Below are positions 1 through 9,973 of a stretch of DNA of 64,000 nucleotides, piece by piece. A program made the translations under genes and the position numbers. The DNA lies in the sequence record SRR20825019_1453. One strand, given 5' to 3'. The notes under the pieces were generated by a model. The model made no database searches and had not been told where the DNA came from. It worked only from the letters and a program-made list of their open reading frames with translations. The stretch's first letter is position 1; each line of letters begins with the position of its first letter.

Positions 1-2
1 AC

Positions 3-566
3 ACATCAAGTAACAATACGGCTACTTTCACTATTGCGGGAGGTGCGGCAAACGGATGTGATTCTTTGGTTTCGCTTGATTTAACTATCAATACTGTTTC
101 TGACGTGACTACAACTACAGTAGGTGTTATCATCACTGCAAACAATGCTTCGGCAACGTATCAGTGGCTTGACTGCAACAATAATTTTGCTGTCATTAAC
201 GGTGAAACTAGTGCGTCGTTCGAGCCAACAGCAAACGGAAGCTACGCTGTTCAGTTAACAGAAAATGGCTGTGTGGATACTTCTGCGTGTGTTGCAATTA
301 CAACCATAGGGATTGTTGAAAATAGCTTTGGAAATAATTTCATGGTATATCCAAACCCAACAAATGGCAATTTTACGGTTGACTTAGGTTCTTCGTTGGA
401 TAATGTGGAAATCCAAATCTTGGATATAACAGGTAAGATAATTCAATCTTCACAGTATCAAAACGCACAATCGATTCAGCTCAACCTAAACGAGCCAACA
501 GGAGTTTATCTTCTAAAAATTGAATCGGATACTCACCGAGCAATTGTTCGCTTAGTAAAAGAATAG
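3..566 (+). CDS. C-terminal part of a T9SS (type A CTD) secreted protein, 5'-truncated by the window
   Basis: Frame is open from base 3 (TSSNNTATFTIAGGAANGCDSLVSLDLTIN). It has a YQWLDC Ig-like module and a T9SS CTD (VYPNP...GVYLLKI...RLVKE). Confidence 0.9.
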   Translation, partial: TSSNNTATFTIAGGAANGCDSLVSLDLTINTVSDVTTTTVGVIITANNASATYQWLDCNNNFAVINGETSASFEPTANGSYAVQLTENGCVDTSACVAITTIGIVENSFGNNFMVYPNPTNGNFTVDLGSSLDNVEIQILDITGKIIQSSQYQNAQSIQLNLNEPTGVYLLKIESDTHRAIVRLVKE

Positions 567-607
567 TGCCTTTAAGCATTTGACCTTATCTTACGAAAAG
601 GAAAGTT

Positions 608-642
608 AAAAGCCAGTCTCATTTGAGGTTGGCTTTTTGTTT
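608..642 (+). terminator. Intrinsic terminator
   Basis: AAAAGCCAGTCTC-ATTT-GAGGTTGGCTTTTT hairpin followed by a T-tract, about 40 bp after the stop codon. Confidence 0.8.
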
Positions 643-1001
643 TAAATCTGAGTCTTGTCCTGATATGAATTCGTCAAGTCTGGTGGTGTCCAACTTAGTG
701 TGTCTGACGAACTAGAAGTTTTCAAATCACAGCCGACTCTCCAACTCCATTCTCAACAAATACAATTGCTCAATTTCTTTGATTTTGGGATTCGAAAGCG
801 CTCGCCCGTATTTAAGCATAGAATTCCATCGACTAGAAGTAGTTTTCTTTTATGAAATCATACAAAGGAATTCTGGCAATTGAGAAATAAGTGTCCACGC
901 ATAATCCTATGTCTTTCGATTAGCTGCCATGAATTGTTTATCTGACTCATAAATGATACTTTAGGTGTCAATACGAGTTGCACGTCATAAAGCAGAATAT
1001 A

Positions 1002-1529
1002 TTGAAGACTATATTTAAACTAGCGTTCCTTTTGATCATTCTTTTTCTTTATGCTTGTAAAAGTGATATGACGAGTGCATCAACTGGAGTAAGCCCTTTA
1101 GTCAATGTAACCGCCATTGAAACAAAACTTGCCAATCCAGATAACCTTGGGTTTAAATTCTCAACAGACACTTCATATCAACATATGAATGGCAAAATTG
1201 TGAACTTAAACTGTACTTTATATAACGGAAACGTCGATACCCTTTATTTCTATACGTACTCTTGTTTTGGTTGGGAGCAGAACTTTATTGTTGACACGAA
1301 TAACATTCAGATTTACAATTGGATTGATTGCAACGTGAGCAATCCAATTATTAAAAAAGTAGGTCCGAAAAGTAGTTTTGAATTTAATGGACACTTTTTT
1401 GTTAAAGATCTAAAACTGAAAAATATTCAAGTACAATATTTCATTTATCAGGTTGATTCGAATTTTGATATTAGGAATTCAGATTCAATTGGAAAACTAA
1501 AGAAAACAGTTATAGAAAATCACGTGTAG
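1002..1529 (+). CDS. Hypothetical lipoprotein
   Basis: ORF track gives 978..1529. The TTG at 1002 gives MKTIFKLAFLLIILFLYAC, which ends in a lipobox Cys. Start is uncertain. Confidence 0.65.
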   Translation: MKTIFKLAFLLIILFLYACKSDMTSASTGVSPLVNVTAIETKLANPDNLGFKFSTDTSYQHMNGKIVNLNCTLYNGNVDTLYFYTYSCFGWEQNFIVDTNNIQIYNWIDCNVSNPIIKKVGPKSSFEFNGHFFVKDLKLKNIQVQYFIYQVDSNFDIRNSDSIGKLKKTVIENHV

Positions 1530-1940
1530 CGCTTACTGATTGCCAGTGATGACGATTTTTAATTAAAATTACTATCCTACCAAGAAGACAATGGCTGATT
1601 AAATTCCAATTATGGAAGAGGATTTAATAAATAGTAAATTTAATTGAGCTTCAAACCTCCGTAATTCCATCTATACATAACTCCCAATTCAAGACAGAAT
1701 TGAGCCATGGCAAAAAGTATACATCAAGGAATATTTATATCTCTCCAAGTCTCTATTCCATAAGAGAGCTTCGTTCAAGATAAATCAAGGTTTTCAATGA
1801 GCGATTTTTTGTAGTTTAGTAATCTGTCCAAAATCAATTAGTTGTATACGTTTTTTGTCGGTTAGATGAACCTCGCAAAACAGAAAACGTGCTTGATAAT
1901 CGTTTTTTGATTATTCGGTTGCTATATAAAAGACAGTATT

Positions 1941-3371
1941 ATGAGCCTAAAACTTCTTGTTGCATCCTGTTTGATTCTATTTTCTTTTCTATCCTTAGCT
2001 CAGAAGAAATCATCTGATACAACGTACTTTTCCGTTTCTGAACTGAAGGAGGACTTCAATTATTGGAGAAGTCAGTTAGCGGATAAACATCCAGCAATCT
2101 ATCTGTATAATTCACCGCAGGAGTTCAATCATTATTTCGATAGTGTTTATCAGGAAATTGATCGTCCGATGACTAAATCTGATTTCTTTAAAATTATCGG
2201 GGCTACCTCGTCTTTCACTAAATGCGGTCACTCACAAGTCTACGCAGGCTCCGAAATTAATAGTCATATCATGGAAGATGAACATCTCATTCCAGTGAAT
2301 ATCGAATGGCTTAGAGATACTGCATACGTCACTTATAATTATACGGATGACACCAATTTATCTCCCGGAACGATTGTAACTGAAATAAATGGTGTTCCAA
2401 TTGAGGATATCTATCGCAAGTGCTTGAAAGTCATGCCAGATGATGGATACAGCAGAGCTTACGCAAAGTTTTGGGTCAATCGACAGTTTTACTATTACTA
2501 TCATCTTTTGTTTGGCTTATTCGAAGAATATGATTTTACAACGTTTTATAATGAAGGACTTTCAAAAAATGTGATCGTAAAGGGAAAGTCTGTGTCAGCG
2601 ATGGACAGCGTTGAATTAGTTAAACCTAGACTGGCACCCAAAATGTTTGATGGAATTGATCACTATTTCATCGATGAGTGCAATACCGCAGTACTAAGGG
2701 TTGGTTCGTTCTTTGATCAAGACTACAAAAGAGTGCACAAAAAGCGATATAAAAAGGTTGTTGATGAGCATGTCAGTGAAATTCTGAATTCTAATTGTAA
2801 ATACTTGGTAATCGACCTAAGAGGTAACGATGGTGGACAGCCAGCTAATCCCCTTTATTTGCTTAAATATCTAATGAATGATCCTTTTGAGTTCAAGCAT
2901 GAATTAAGAACTCTAAAGAATAAAAATGAGTCAGATTTCTTCAAAAGATCGAGAAAGACGATCATTCCAGACGGTGAGGTTGGAGTGTTTAAGCCGTTTA
3001 AATCTCACTTTGAAGGAAAAATTTACTTGATTGTAGACGGTGGCTCAACTTCTGCCACGGCTGAATTTACCAGTGTATTTCACCGTTATGATAGAGGTGA
3101 AGTCATAGGCACTGAAATCGGTGGAAATCCAATCATTCTTTCAGGTTTTGGAATGGGATCATCCAAAGAACTACCAAATACTAAATTGCCAATGAGCATT
3201 GGAAAAAGAACTACACTCATGAATGATCTTGAATTGGATAATGGTTATGGTCTAGTTCCTGATGTGGTAGTAAATCCTTCAATGACAGATTATTTTAAAG
3301 GAAATAATCCAGGGTTAGAATATATATTGAATGAAATTAAAGAATTTCAAAAAGGACAAATAGAAAGGTAA
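1941..3371 (+). CDS. S41 family peptidase (tail-specific protease-like), secreted
   Basis: Signal peptide; PDZ-like segment (GTIVTEINGVPI); LVIDLRGNDGG, STSATAEF and GLVPDV motifs. Confidence 0.85.
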   Translation: MSLKLLVASCLILFSFLSLAQKKSSDTTYFSVSELKEDFNYWRSQLADKHPAIYLYNSPQEFNHYFDSVYQEIDRPMTKSDFFKIIGATSSFTKCGHSQVYAGSEINSHIMEDEHLIPVNIEWLRDTAYVTYNYTDDTNLSPGTIVTEINGVPIEDIYRKCLKVMPDDGYSRAYAKFWVNRQFYYYYHLLFGLFEEYDFTTFYNEGLSKNVIVKGKSVSAMDSVELVKPRLAPKMFDGIDHYFIDECNTAVLRVGSFFDQDYKRVHKKRYKKVVDEHVSEILNSNCKYLVIDLRGNDGGQPANPLYLLKYLMNDPFEFKHELRTLKNKNESDFFKRSRKTIIPDGEVGVFKPFKSHFEGKIYLIVDGGSTSATAEFTSVFHRYDRGEVIGTEIGGNPIILSGFGMGSSKELPNTKLPMSIGKRTTLMNDLELDNGYGLVPDVVVNPSMTDYFKGNNPGLEYILNEIKEFQKGQIER

Positions 3372-3460
3372 ACGTGCCGATTTCTGAATTTCACACCGCA
3401 AAGATGTTTTTGATTACTACGATCGACCAACGCTGAGAAAATGGGGTTGAGCCAAGGGTA

Positions 3461-3877
3461 TTATTCGCGCATTTCAAATAAAGCATACATGTTTTGAATG
3501 AAAAGCGCTTTATCTGATTTGAATTTGGTAACGAACGGTTTCGCTCCATCTTTCAAATGGTCATTTAAGTTATTGTCACTCCATTCGGCAATTTCCAGAA
3601 CAATTGGAAGCAATTCTTTCCCCTTTTGTGTGAGACTGTAGATATTCGTTTTCTTGTTTCCTTCCTTTTTCGATTTATCAATGATTCCCAATTCTTCAAG
3701 CATCGAAAGTCTACTTGAAAGGATATTTGTTGCGATTTTTTCACTCGAATTACTAAAATCACTATAAGTTTTCTTCCCAGAGAACATCATATCTCTAATA
3801 ATTAAGAGTGACCATTTGTCTCCTATTATATCTAATGCTGAGCTGATTGGGCAGTTCGATCTGAATTTTTGTTGCAT
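3461..3877 (-). CDS. HxlR/DUF24 (MarR-type) winged-helix transcriptional regulator
   Basis: RSNCPISSALDIIGDKWSLLIIRD and YSLTQKG motifs. Start reassigned to the ATG at 3877 to avoid overlap with the divergent gene. Confidence 0.9.
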   Translation of the reverse strand: MQQKFRSNCPISSALDIIGDKWSLLIIRDMMFSGKKTYSDFSNSSEKIATNILSSRLSMLEELGIIDKSKKEGNKKTNIYSLTQKGKELLPIVLEIAEWSDNNLNDHLKDGAKPFVTKFKSDKALFIQNMYALFEMRE

Positions 3878-3890
3878 TGTTCTGAAATTA

Positions 3891-3944
3891 TAACTTGCAT
3901 TTTGAAAGTAATTATATACTTTTACTTGCAAAACAAAAGTAAAA
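3891..3944. promoter_or_regulatory. Two palindromic operator-like boxes (ACTT-N9-AAGT) in a divergent promoter
   Basis: ACTT GCATTTTGA AAGT (3893-3909) and TTTTACTT GCAAAACAA AAGTAAAA (3920-3944), offset by 31 bp. Confidence 0.65.
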
Positions 3945-3970
3945 TAAATTATAATAGGTACAAAGCGAAT

Positions 3971-5140
3971 ATGAAGCATTCCGAAATAGTAATACTTGGG
4001 GCGGGAGTTGGCGGATTAACGACTGCAATTGCACTTCGTCAAAAAGGATTCACAAATGTCACTATTTATGAGCGTAGAAAAACGTCAACAACAATTGGTG
4101 CAGGTCTTGTGCTATGGGCAAATGCAAGCGCAATACTCGACAAGCTTAACTTATTAGCCGAAGTTATAAAGGTAGGAGGTGAGTTAAGAGAAATGCAACG
4201 TTGGACTAAGAAAAATGAGTTTTTGGGAGCAATCAACATCAATGAAATTAATTCAAGCATTGGTTCAATAAGCTATTCCATTAGTAGAGTTGACTTCCAG
4301 AAAATTTTATTAGAAAAAGTAGAAGAGCTTAAGATTCCTATCCATTACGATTGCAGTGCCTCGGAGTTATCCAATATAGAAACCAGAACTTCCGTGATTT
4401 TTGAGAATGGCGCGACTATAACTGCAGACATAATCATAGGGGCAGATGGAAGAATGAACTCAATTGCTCGGCAATATGTGAATGGAAATAATGCGCCAGT
4501 TTATCAGAATTTTGTCAACTGGATTGGAATAGTGGAAAGTGACAAGCCTATTTTTTCGGAAATCAATGTATTGGATTTTTGGGGTTTTGGAGAACGATTT
4601 GGGATTGTTCCGATATCTAAATACAAAGGATATTGGGCAGGAGGGAAAAGCTTGCCACTAAACGATTCAATTAAAGAGAGAAACAACAAATCGCAACTAC
4701 TCGAATTATTTGAAACTTGGTCGCCGAAAATCAAGGAGGTCATACAGCTAACAAAAGAGGAAAACATCAAGTACATTGAAGTGTTTGACCATAATCCTAT
4801 CCCAAAATGGCATAAAGATAATGTGTGTTTATTGGGAGATTCGGCACATGCTGCGTTGCCAACTTCTGGACAGGGTGCGTGTCAAGCAATCGAGGATGCC
4901 TGGCATTTTGCCTCGATATTAAGCGTTACAGAAACAAAGGATGAGGCCTTTAGTGAATTTCACAAAGCAAGATTTGAAAAAACGACAATAATCACAATGG
5001 CAGGAAGGGATTTAGCAACATCATTGTTCAACGAAGATGCGACTTTTTGTATGCAGAGAAATGAAAATACCAAAAAAACGGACTATAGAGAAGCGAGTGA
5101 AAATATGGCAAAATTATGGTCCAAAAATTTACCGAAATAA
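3971..5140 (+). CDS. FAD-dependent monooxygenase (aromatic hydroxylase family)
   Basis: GAGVGG Rossmann motif, IIGADG and LLGDSAH...GQGACQAIEDA; ATG at 3971. Confidence 0.9.
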   Translation: MKHSEIVILGAGVGGLTTAIALRQKGFTNVTIYERRKTSTTIGAGLVLWANASAILDKLNLLAEVIKVGGELREMQRWTKKNEFLGAININEINSSIGSISYSISRVDFQKILLEKVEELKIPIHYDCSASELSNIETRTSVIFENGATITADIIIGADGRMNSIARQYVNGNNAPVYQNFVNWIGIVESDKPIFSEINVLDFWGFGERFGIVPISKYKGYWAGGKSLPLNDSIKERNNKSQLLELFETWSPKIKEVIQLTKEENIKYIEVFDHNPIPKWHKDNVCLLGDSAHAALPTSGQGACQAIEDAWHFASILSVTETKDEAFSEFHKARFEKTTIITMAGRDLATSLFNEDATFCMQRNENTKKTDYREASENMAKLWSKNLPK

Positions 5141-5152
5141 ATAAAATAAGAA

Positions 5153-5569
5153 ATGAAAAAATCGCAAAAGTACATCAACAGAATAGGACGAATTTTGTTC
5201 AGTCTCATATTCATCGCAAGTGGATTAAGTAAAATTGGAGATTGGGATAAAACCACCTCTTACATGGAGTCGCATAATATGGGGTTTGTGCCCTTTTTTT
5301 TGGTAATGGCAATCATCCTGCAAGTCGTTGGTGGATTGTCAATCATTACAGGCTATAAAACCAAGATAGGAACAATGCTCTTAATGATATTCATACTTCC
5401 AGCAACATTCATCTTCCATAATTTTTGGTCGTTACCATCTGGAACAGAGTTGGAAATGCTTGCTCAACAGTCTGAAATGGTGTCATTTCTAAAGAATATT
5501 ACAATTATGGGAGCATTACTGTTGATCTATAACAACGAGACTTCAGGAAAGCGCGAAACCAGTTCTTAA
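5153..5569 (+). CDS. DoxX family membrane protein
   Basis: GRILFSLIFIASGLSKI, FHNFW and FLKNITIMGALL motifs; four hydrophobic segments. Confidence 0.85.
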   Translation: MKKSQKYINRIGRILFSLIFIASGLSKIGDWDKTTSYMESHNMGFVPFFLVMAIILQVVGGLSIITGYKTKIGTMLLMIFILPATFIFHNFWSLPSGTELEMLAQQSEMVSFLKNITIMGALLLIYNNETSGKRETSS

Positions 5570-6092
5570 ACACATGGAATCGATCAGAAAAATAACACTT
5601 GGTTCATGGAAAGTTGCACATAAATGAATAATTACAGTCGTTTCCTCGGATCAACTTTGGAGAAGAAGCTTTACTAAATGTGTTTGTGTAATTGACGTTA
5701 AATTGGCAATCTAAACCTAGAAGTGCGAGTATAATCAACCGGAAGTATGAATATTCGAGGGCAATTATCCACACATTACTCCGCAAACGATACATTTTAC
5801 TAAAAGAGGGCTTGTTACTAAACAAGAAATACTAGTTTTATTGCGTTATTAGCATCATAGGAAAAGCTAAACTGTGAAAGGCCAGAAATGAAAGACTGAG
5901 TCGCAGATTACCAGATCAAGAATTGCATGAATATTTAACGAGTCAATTAAAGTACATTTTGTGAGTTACTTTTAAACGGTGCTAGGTTAACATTCGGTAA
6001 ATAGTCTCAATCGTCGGTAGATGTGAAATAAATTTTATTATTTTTGGCTTAATTTTAAACTTAGAATACGATTTAAATTAATCTTTGAGAAC

Positions 6093-6902
6093 ATGAAAAA
6101 AGTAATAAGTTCTTTATTAGTTGCTGCGGCAATGACTTTCGGGTTTGCGGGTCAAACTCTTGCACAAGATGATTCTACCGCTGCTGCGAATCCAGTAACT
6201 GAAGCGGCAACAACTGATGATGGAGCGGAAACGGCTGCAGCTGATGAGGCGCCAGTAGAAGATTTGACGTTTGTTCAAACGCTAAAGCAAAAGTATATTG
6301 AAGGAGATCCATTGTGGATGTCTCCAGTATTGTTGTGTTTGATTATTGGTTTAGCGCTTTCAATTGAGCGTATCGTATACTTAAACCTTTCTACGATCAA
6401 CTCTACAAAATTCTTAGATCAAGTAGAAACAGCGTTGAAAAACGGAGGTGTTGAAGCAGCTAAAGATGTTTGCCGTAACACTCGTGGGCCAATCGCTTCT
6501 ATTTTCTATCAAGGATTAGATCGATCCAATGAAGGAATTGAAATGGTAGAGAAATCTGTCGTAGCGTATGGTGGTGTGCAAATGGGATTGCTTGAAAAAG
6601 GTCTTTCTTGGTTGTCATTGTTTATCGCACTTGCTCCAATGCTTGGGTTCTTGGGAACGGTAATCGGGATGATTTTCGCCTTTGACCAAATTGTTGCGGA
6701 AGGACAAGTTGCTCCAACAACGGTTGCAGGTGGTATTAAAGTATCCCTATTGACAACAGTATTTGGTTTGATCGCAGCGATTATTCTTCAAGTATTTTAC
6801 AACTACATCGTTTCTAAAATAGATAGCCTCGTGAATGAAATGGAGGATGCTTCTATCTCTTTGGTAGATATGATGTTGAAGCACAATGTTGCTAAAGCGT
6901 AA
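6093..6902 (+). CDS. exbB: MotA/TolQ/ExbB proton channel protein
   Basis: APMLGFLGTVIGMI and GGIKVSLLTTVFGL motifs; N-terminal signal peptide as in Bacteroidota ExbB. Confidence 0.9.
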   Translation: MKKVISSLLVAAAMTFGFAGQTLAQDDSTAAANPVTEAATTDDGAETAAADEAPVEDLTFVQTLKQKYIEGDPLWMSPVLLCLIIGLALSIERIVYLNLSTINSTKFLDQVETALKNGGVEAAKDVCRNTRGPIASIFYQGLDRSNEGIEMVEKSVVAYGGVQMGLLEKGLSWLSLFIALAPMLGFLGTVIGMIFAFDQIVAEGQVAPTTVAGGIKVSLLTTVFGLIAAIILQVFYNYIVSKIDSLVNEMEDASISLVDMMLKHNVAKA

Positions 6903-6952
6903 TTAGAAGGAAATTCCTGCTTTAAGGATATCATCTTAAACTTAAAAAAGTT

Positions 6953-7432
6953 ATGGATTCAAAAAAATTAAACCTCGCACTTACCATCTTCAAGTATACC
7001 CTAGGTATTCTTGGTGTGATAGCATGTGCATTGGTAATCGTCGGGCCAAGTGGTGCTGGTGGTGCAGAGAAAGAATTGGTTGAAGAGTTTCGCGAAGGTG
7101 GAAGCATGTCATTCGCAGTTGGATTTACAGGTTTCATAATGTTTGCTTGTATCGCTTTGATTCTCGTTTTCTTCATTGTTCAACTTATCTCGAACCCAAA
7201 GAAAACAATCATGTCAATTGTAGGGATAATTGCAATGCTCGCATTGTACCTGATCTTATTGACTATGGGGTCATCCGATGTTGCGGAGGATCTTAAACTT
7301 CAAGTAGCTGAGCCAGTAAGCCAATCAACTGTTAATTCAACAACAGCTGGACTTTGGACTGCAATTATTGCAATTGGCGTTACAATACTAGCTGCGCTTT
7401 TAGGGCCTGTGTTATCAAGATTTAGAAAATAA
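6953..7432 (+). CDS. Hypothetical membrane protein of the exbB-exbD locus
   Basis: Four hydrophobic segments; lies between exbB and exbD. Confidence 0.75.
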   Translation: MDSKKLNLALTIFKYTLGILGVIACALVIVGPSGAGGAEKELVEEFREGGSMSFAVGFTGFIMFACIALILVFFIVQLISNPKKTIMSIVGIIAMLALYLILLTMGSSDVAEDLKLQVAEPVSQSTVNSTTAGLWTAIIAIGVTILAALLGPVLSRFRK

Positions 7433-7444
7433 TAGTTAGAAAGT

Positions 7445-8200
7445 ATGGCAAAGCGAGAAATACCCGAGATTAATGCTGGTTCGATGGCGGACATCGCTTT
7501 CCTATTGTTGATTTTCTTCCTCGTAACTACAACAATGGATCGTGATAAAGCTTATCCACGTGATATTCCTAAGAAGGTACTGGTTGAAACTGACCCGGTT
7601 CCCGTTGAAGAGAGAAATATATTGGCGATCCGCGCAAACGGTCAAAATCAATTGATGGTCCGCGATGAACTAATGAAAGATCCAAACGAGATTTCAGAGC
7701 GCATTCTAGAGTTCTATAGAACGAATGAGAAATCGAATGATCTAACAAGTCCATTTCCGCTTTATTCTAGAGCAACGAAGGATGATATTATTTCAAATAG
7801 AATCAGAGTGGAGGATGAATTGGAGGAATTGGAAGATACTCCGAACGTTATGCCAGACATGATTCAGTTTAAGGAAGCGCAATTGAAAGAATGGGAAAAG
7901 AAAGAACGTGCAATGAGATTGTATGGTAAACCAGAACTTCCTGAGATTCACTCAAAAGCGCACATTCGAATTGAAGTTCAAGCAAAAACTGGATACGGAT
8001 TGTTCGCAAAAATTCAATCTGAAATCGAAGAAGCGATCTTTGAGTTGAGAAACGATGCCGCGAATGATCTTTTTGGAGAAGGTTACGGAACAATTGTTAC
8101 ACGCTACAACTCTGATAGAGAGAATGTGGATTTGGAAAAAATGTCTTTATTGAAGATTTTGTATCCAGATCGTATCATTGAGGTGAAACCTAAAAACTAG
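7445..8200 (+). CDS. exbD: Biopolymer transporter ExbD/TolR family
   Basis: EINAGSMADIAFLLLIFFLVTT transmembrane motif with the conserved Asp. Confidence 0.9.
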   Translation: MAKREIPEINAGSMADIAFLLLIFFLVTTTMDRDKAYPRDIPKKVLVETDPVPVEERNILAIRANGQNQLMVRDELMKDPNEISERILEFYRTNEKSNDLTSPFPLYSRATKDDIISNRIRVEDELEELEDTPNVMPDMIQFKEAQLKEWEKKERAMRLYGKPELPEIHSKAHIRIEVQAKTGYGLFAKIQSEIEEAIFELRNDAANDLFGEGYGTIVTRYNSDRENVDLEKMSLLKILYPDRIIEVKPKN

Positions 8201-8208
8201 TAGAAGAG

Positions 8209-8727
8209 ATGTCAAAATTTAGAAAAGAAGGAAAAAAGGCAGCACCGGCGGTAAATACCTCTTCGCTTCCTGATATCGTATTCATGCTGTTGTTCTTCTT
8301 CATGGTTGCGACAACAACAAAAGATGCAGATCCATCGGTGAAGGTAACTCAACCAGAAGGAATCAGAGCGCAGGATATGACACCTTACAAACAAAAGTCT
8401 GAAATAGATTTCTTGTACTTGGGTGAGCCTAGAAATCCTGCTCGAAGAGAACAATTTAAGTTTGGTTACGCTTTGTTCTTGGACAATGTAGCACAGCCAG
8501 ATCCAAACGAGTTATACAACTCTAATGCGATCAAAAGCTGGAAACTAGATAAGTTCGATGAAAAGAAAGGAAAAGTTGGATTCAATGCTCAATTGCATGA
8601 AGTTTTTACATGTATTAAAGCAGATGAAAGCGCCCCAACTGGACTCATTTTTGATATCCGTAAGGAATTACAAGATATTGATGCGTTGAAAGTTGCCTAT
8701 GCGGTAAAAGACAACGGAAATTTATAA
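8209..8727 (+). CDS. exbD: Biopolymer transporter ExbD/TolR family (second copy)
   Basis: TSSLPDIVFMLLFFFMVAT and IKAD motifs. Confidence 0.88.
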   Translation: MSKFRKEGKKAAPAVNTSSLPDIVFMLLFFFMVATTTKDADPSVKVTQPEGIRAQDMTPYKQKSEIDFLYLGEPRNPARREQFKFGYALFLDNVAQPDPNELYNSNAIKSWKLDKFDEKKGKVGFNAQLHEVFTCIKADESAPTGLIFDIRKELQDIDALKVAYAVKDNGNL

Positions 8728-8745
8728 TCTAAGTTAAGTTTATTG

Positions 8746-8794
8746 AATCCCGTTCCGTCCCGATCACCATCGGGAATCGGAACGGGATTTTTTT
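8746..8794 (+). terminator. Intrinsic terminator with a nested palindrome
   Basis: 12-bp stem AATCCCGTTCCG/CGGAACGGGATT enclosing TCCCGAT-CACC-ATCGGGA, then a T-tract. Confidence 0.85.
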
Positions 8795-8806
8795 ATTTTA
8801 AATGTT

Positions 8807-9973
8807 ATGCTAAATTTTGAATATTACAATCCAACTAGAATCGTTTTTGGAAAAGATCAGTTGGGAAGGCTGCCAGAATTATTGAATCAATTCGGAGCAT
8901 CAAAAATCTTACTGACATTTGGTGGTGGGAGCATCCAAAAAACAGGTTTATACGATCAAATCATAAAAGTGCTCGCTGATTTTTCTGTCGTTCCGTTTGG
9001 TGGAATCGAAGCGAATCCTGAGTTTTCTACCTTAATGAAGGCAGTGGATGTTGCACGATCTGAGAAAATCGATTTTATTCTTGCAGTTGGAGGCGGATCA
9101 GTGATCGATGGATCGAAGTTCATTAGTGGTGCAATTCATTATTCGGGAGATCCATGGGATGTCTTGGATAAAAAAGAGGGATGTAATTTCGATAAAGCGG
9201 TTCCTTTTGGTTCTGTTCTTACTTTGCCTGCAACGGGTTCTGAGGCAAATTCTGGTGCCGTGGTAAGTAGATCTGAAATGGAGCAGAAAAGAGCCATGGG
9301 AGGACCACAATTTTTTCCAATGTTTTCGCTTTGTGATCCAACCCAAGTAGCAACACTTCCAGAAAGACAAATTGCGAATGGTATCGTTGATGCATACATG
9401 CACACGCTTGAGCAATATTTGACGTATCCTACAGGTAATTTGCTGCAGGAGAGACAAGCGGAAGGCATTTTGTCAACATTGCTTGAGATTGGACCTAAAG
9501 TGATGAAGAATCCATTCGATTATGTGTTAGCTTCGAATCTAATGTGGTGCGCTACTCATGCCTTGAATGGCGTCTTGCGCTGCGGGGTTCCAACCGACTG
9601 GACAACACACATGATTGGACATGAATTAACGGCCTTTTATGGAATCGATCATGCACGAACACTTGCAATTATTGCACCGAGATTGTACGAAAATTGCTTG
9701 GACGAAAAACGAGATAAGCTCGCACAGTATGGCGAACGAGTCCTTGGATTAACGGGAGATAAGGACGATATTGCTAAGAAGGCAATCGTACAGACAGAAC
9801 AATTTTTCCAATCGCTTGGAATAGATACCAAGGTCTCGGATTATACATCTTCGACAGAAAACTTGGCGAAGAGAATCAGAAAAGTATTTGAAGATAGAAA
9901 TTGGATTGGAATGGGAGAAAGAGGTTCCATTACACCAGATCGCGTAGAACAAATTGTGAATGCTGCACTATGA
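8807..9973 (+). CDS. Iron-containing alcohol dehydrogenase (YqhD/BdhA-like, probably NADPH-dependent)
   Basis: GGGS, AVGGGSVIDGSK and TLPATGSE motifs; metal-binding HMIGHE and DHARTLA. Confidence 0.92.
   Translation: MLNFEYYNPTRIVFGKDQLGRLPELLNQFGASKILLTFGGGSIQKTGLYDQIIKVLADFSVVPFGGIEANPEFSTLMKAVDVARSEKIDFILAVGGGSVIDGSKFISGAIHYSGDPWDVLDKKEGCNFDKAVPFGSVLTLPATGSEANSGAVVSRSEMEQKRAMGGPQFFPMFSLCDPTQVATLPERQIANGIVDAYMHTLEQYLTYPTGNLLQERQAEGILSTLLEIGPKVMKNPFDYVLASNLMWCATHALNGVLRCGVPTDWTTHMIGHELTAFYGIDHARTLAIIAPRLYENCLDEKRDKLAQYGERVLGLTGDKDDIAKKAIVQTEQFFQSLGIDTKVSDYTSSTENLAKRIRKVFEDRNWIGMGERGSITPDRVEQIVNAAL

Noticed and set aside
640-1940. Integron-like cassette sites or RNA genes in the long intergenic gaps at the left end
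   Set aside because: I could identify no repeated attC-like palindromes, tRNA cloverleaf or shared motif between the gaps.
3869-3979. Overlapping 5' extensions of the HxlR and monooxygenase ORFs in the track
   Set aside because: The family motifs begin at the downstream ATGs (3877 and 3971), and the gap contains operator-like palindromes.
5765-5773. Perfect DnaA box TTATCCACA suggesting oriC
   Set aside because: I noticed only one copy, with no box cluster and no origin-associated genes; compatible with chance.
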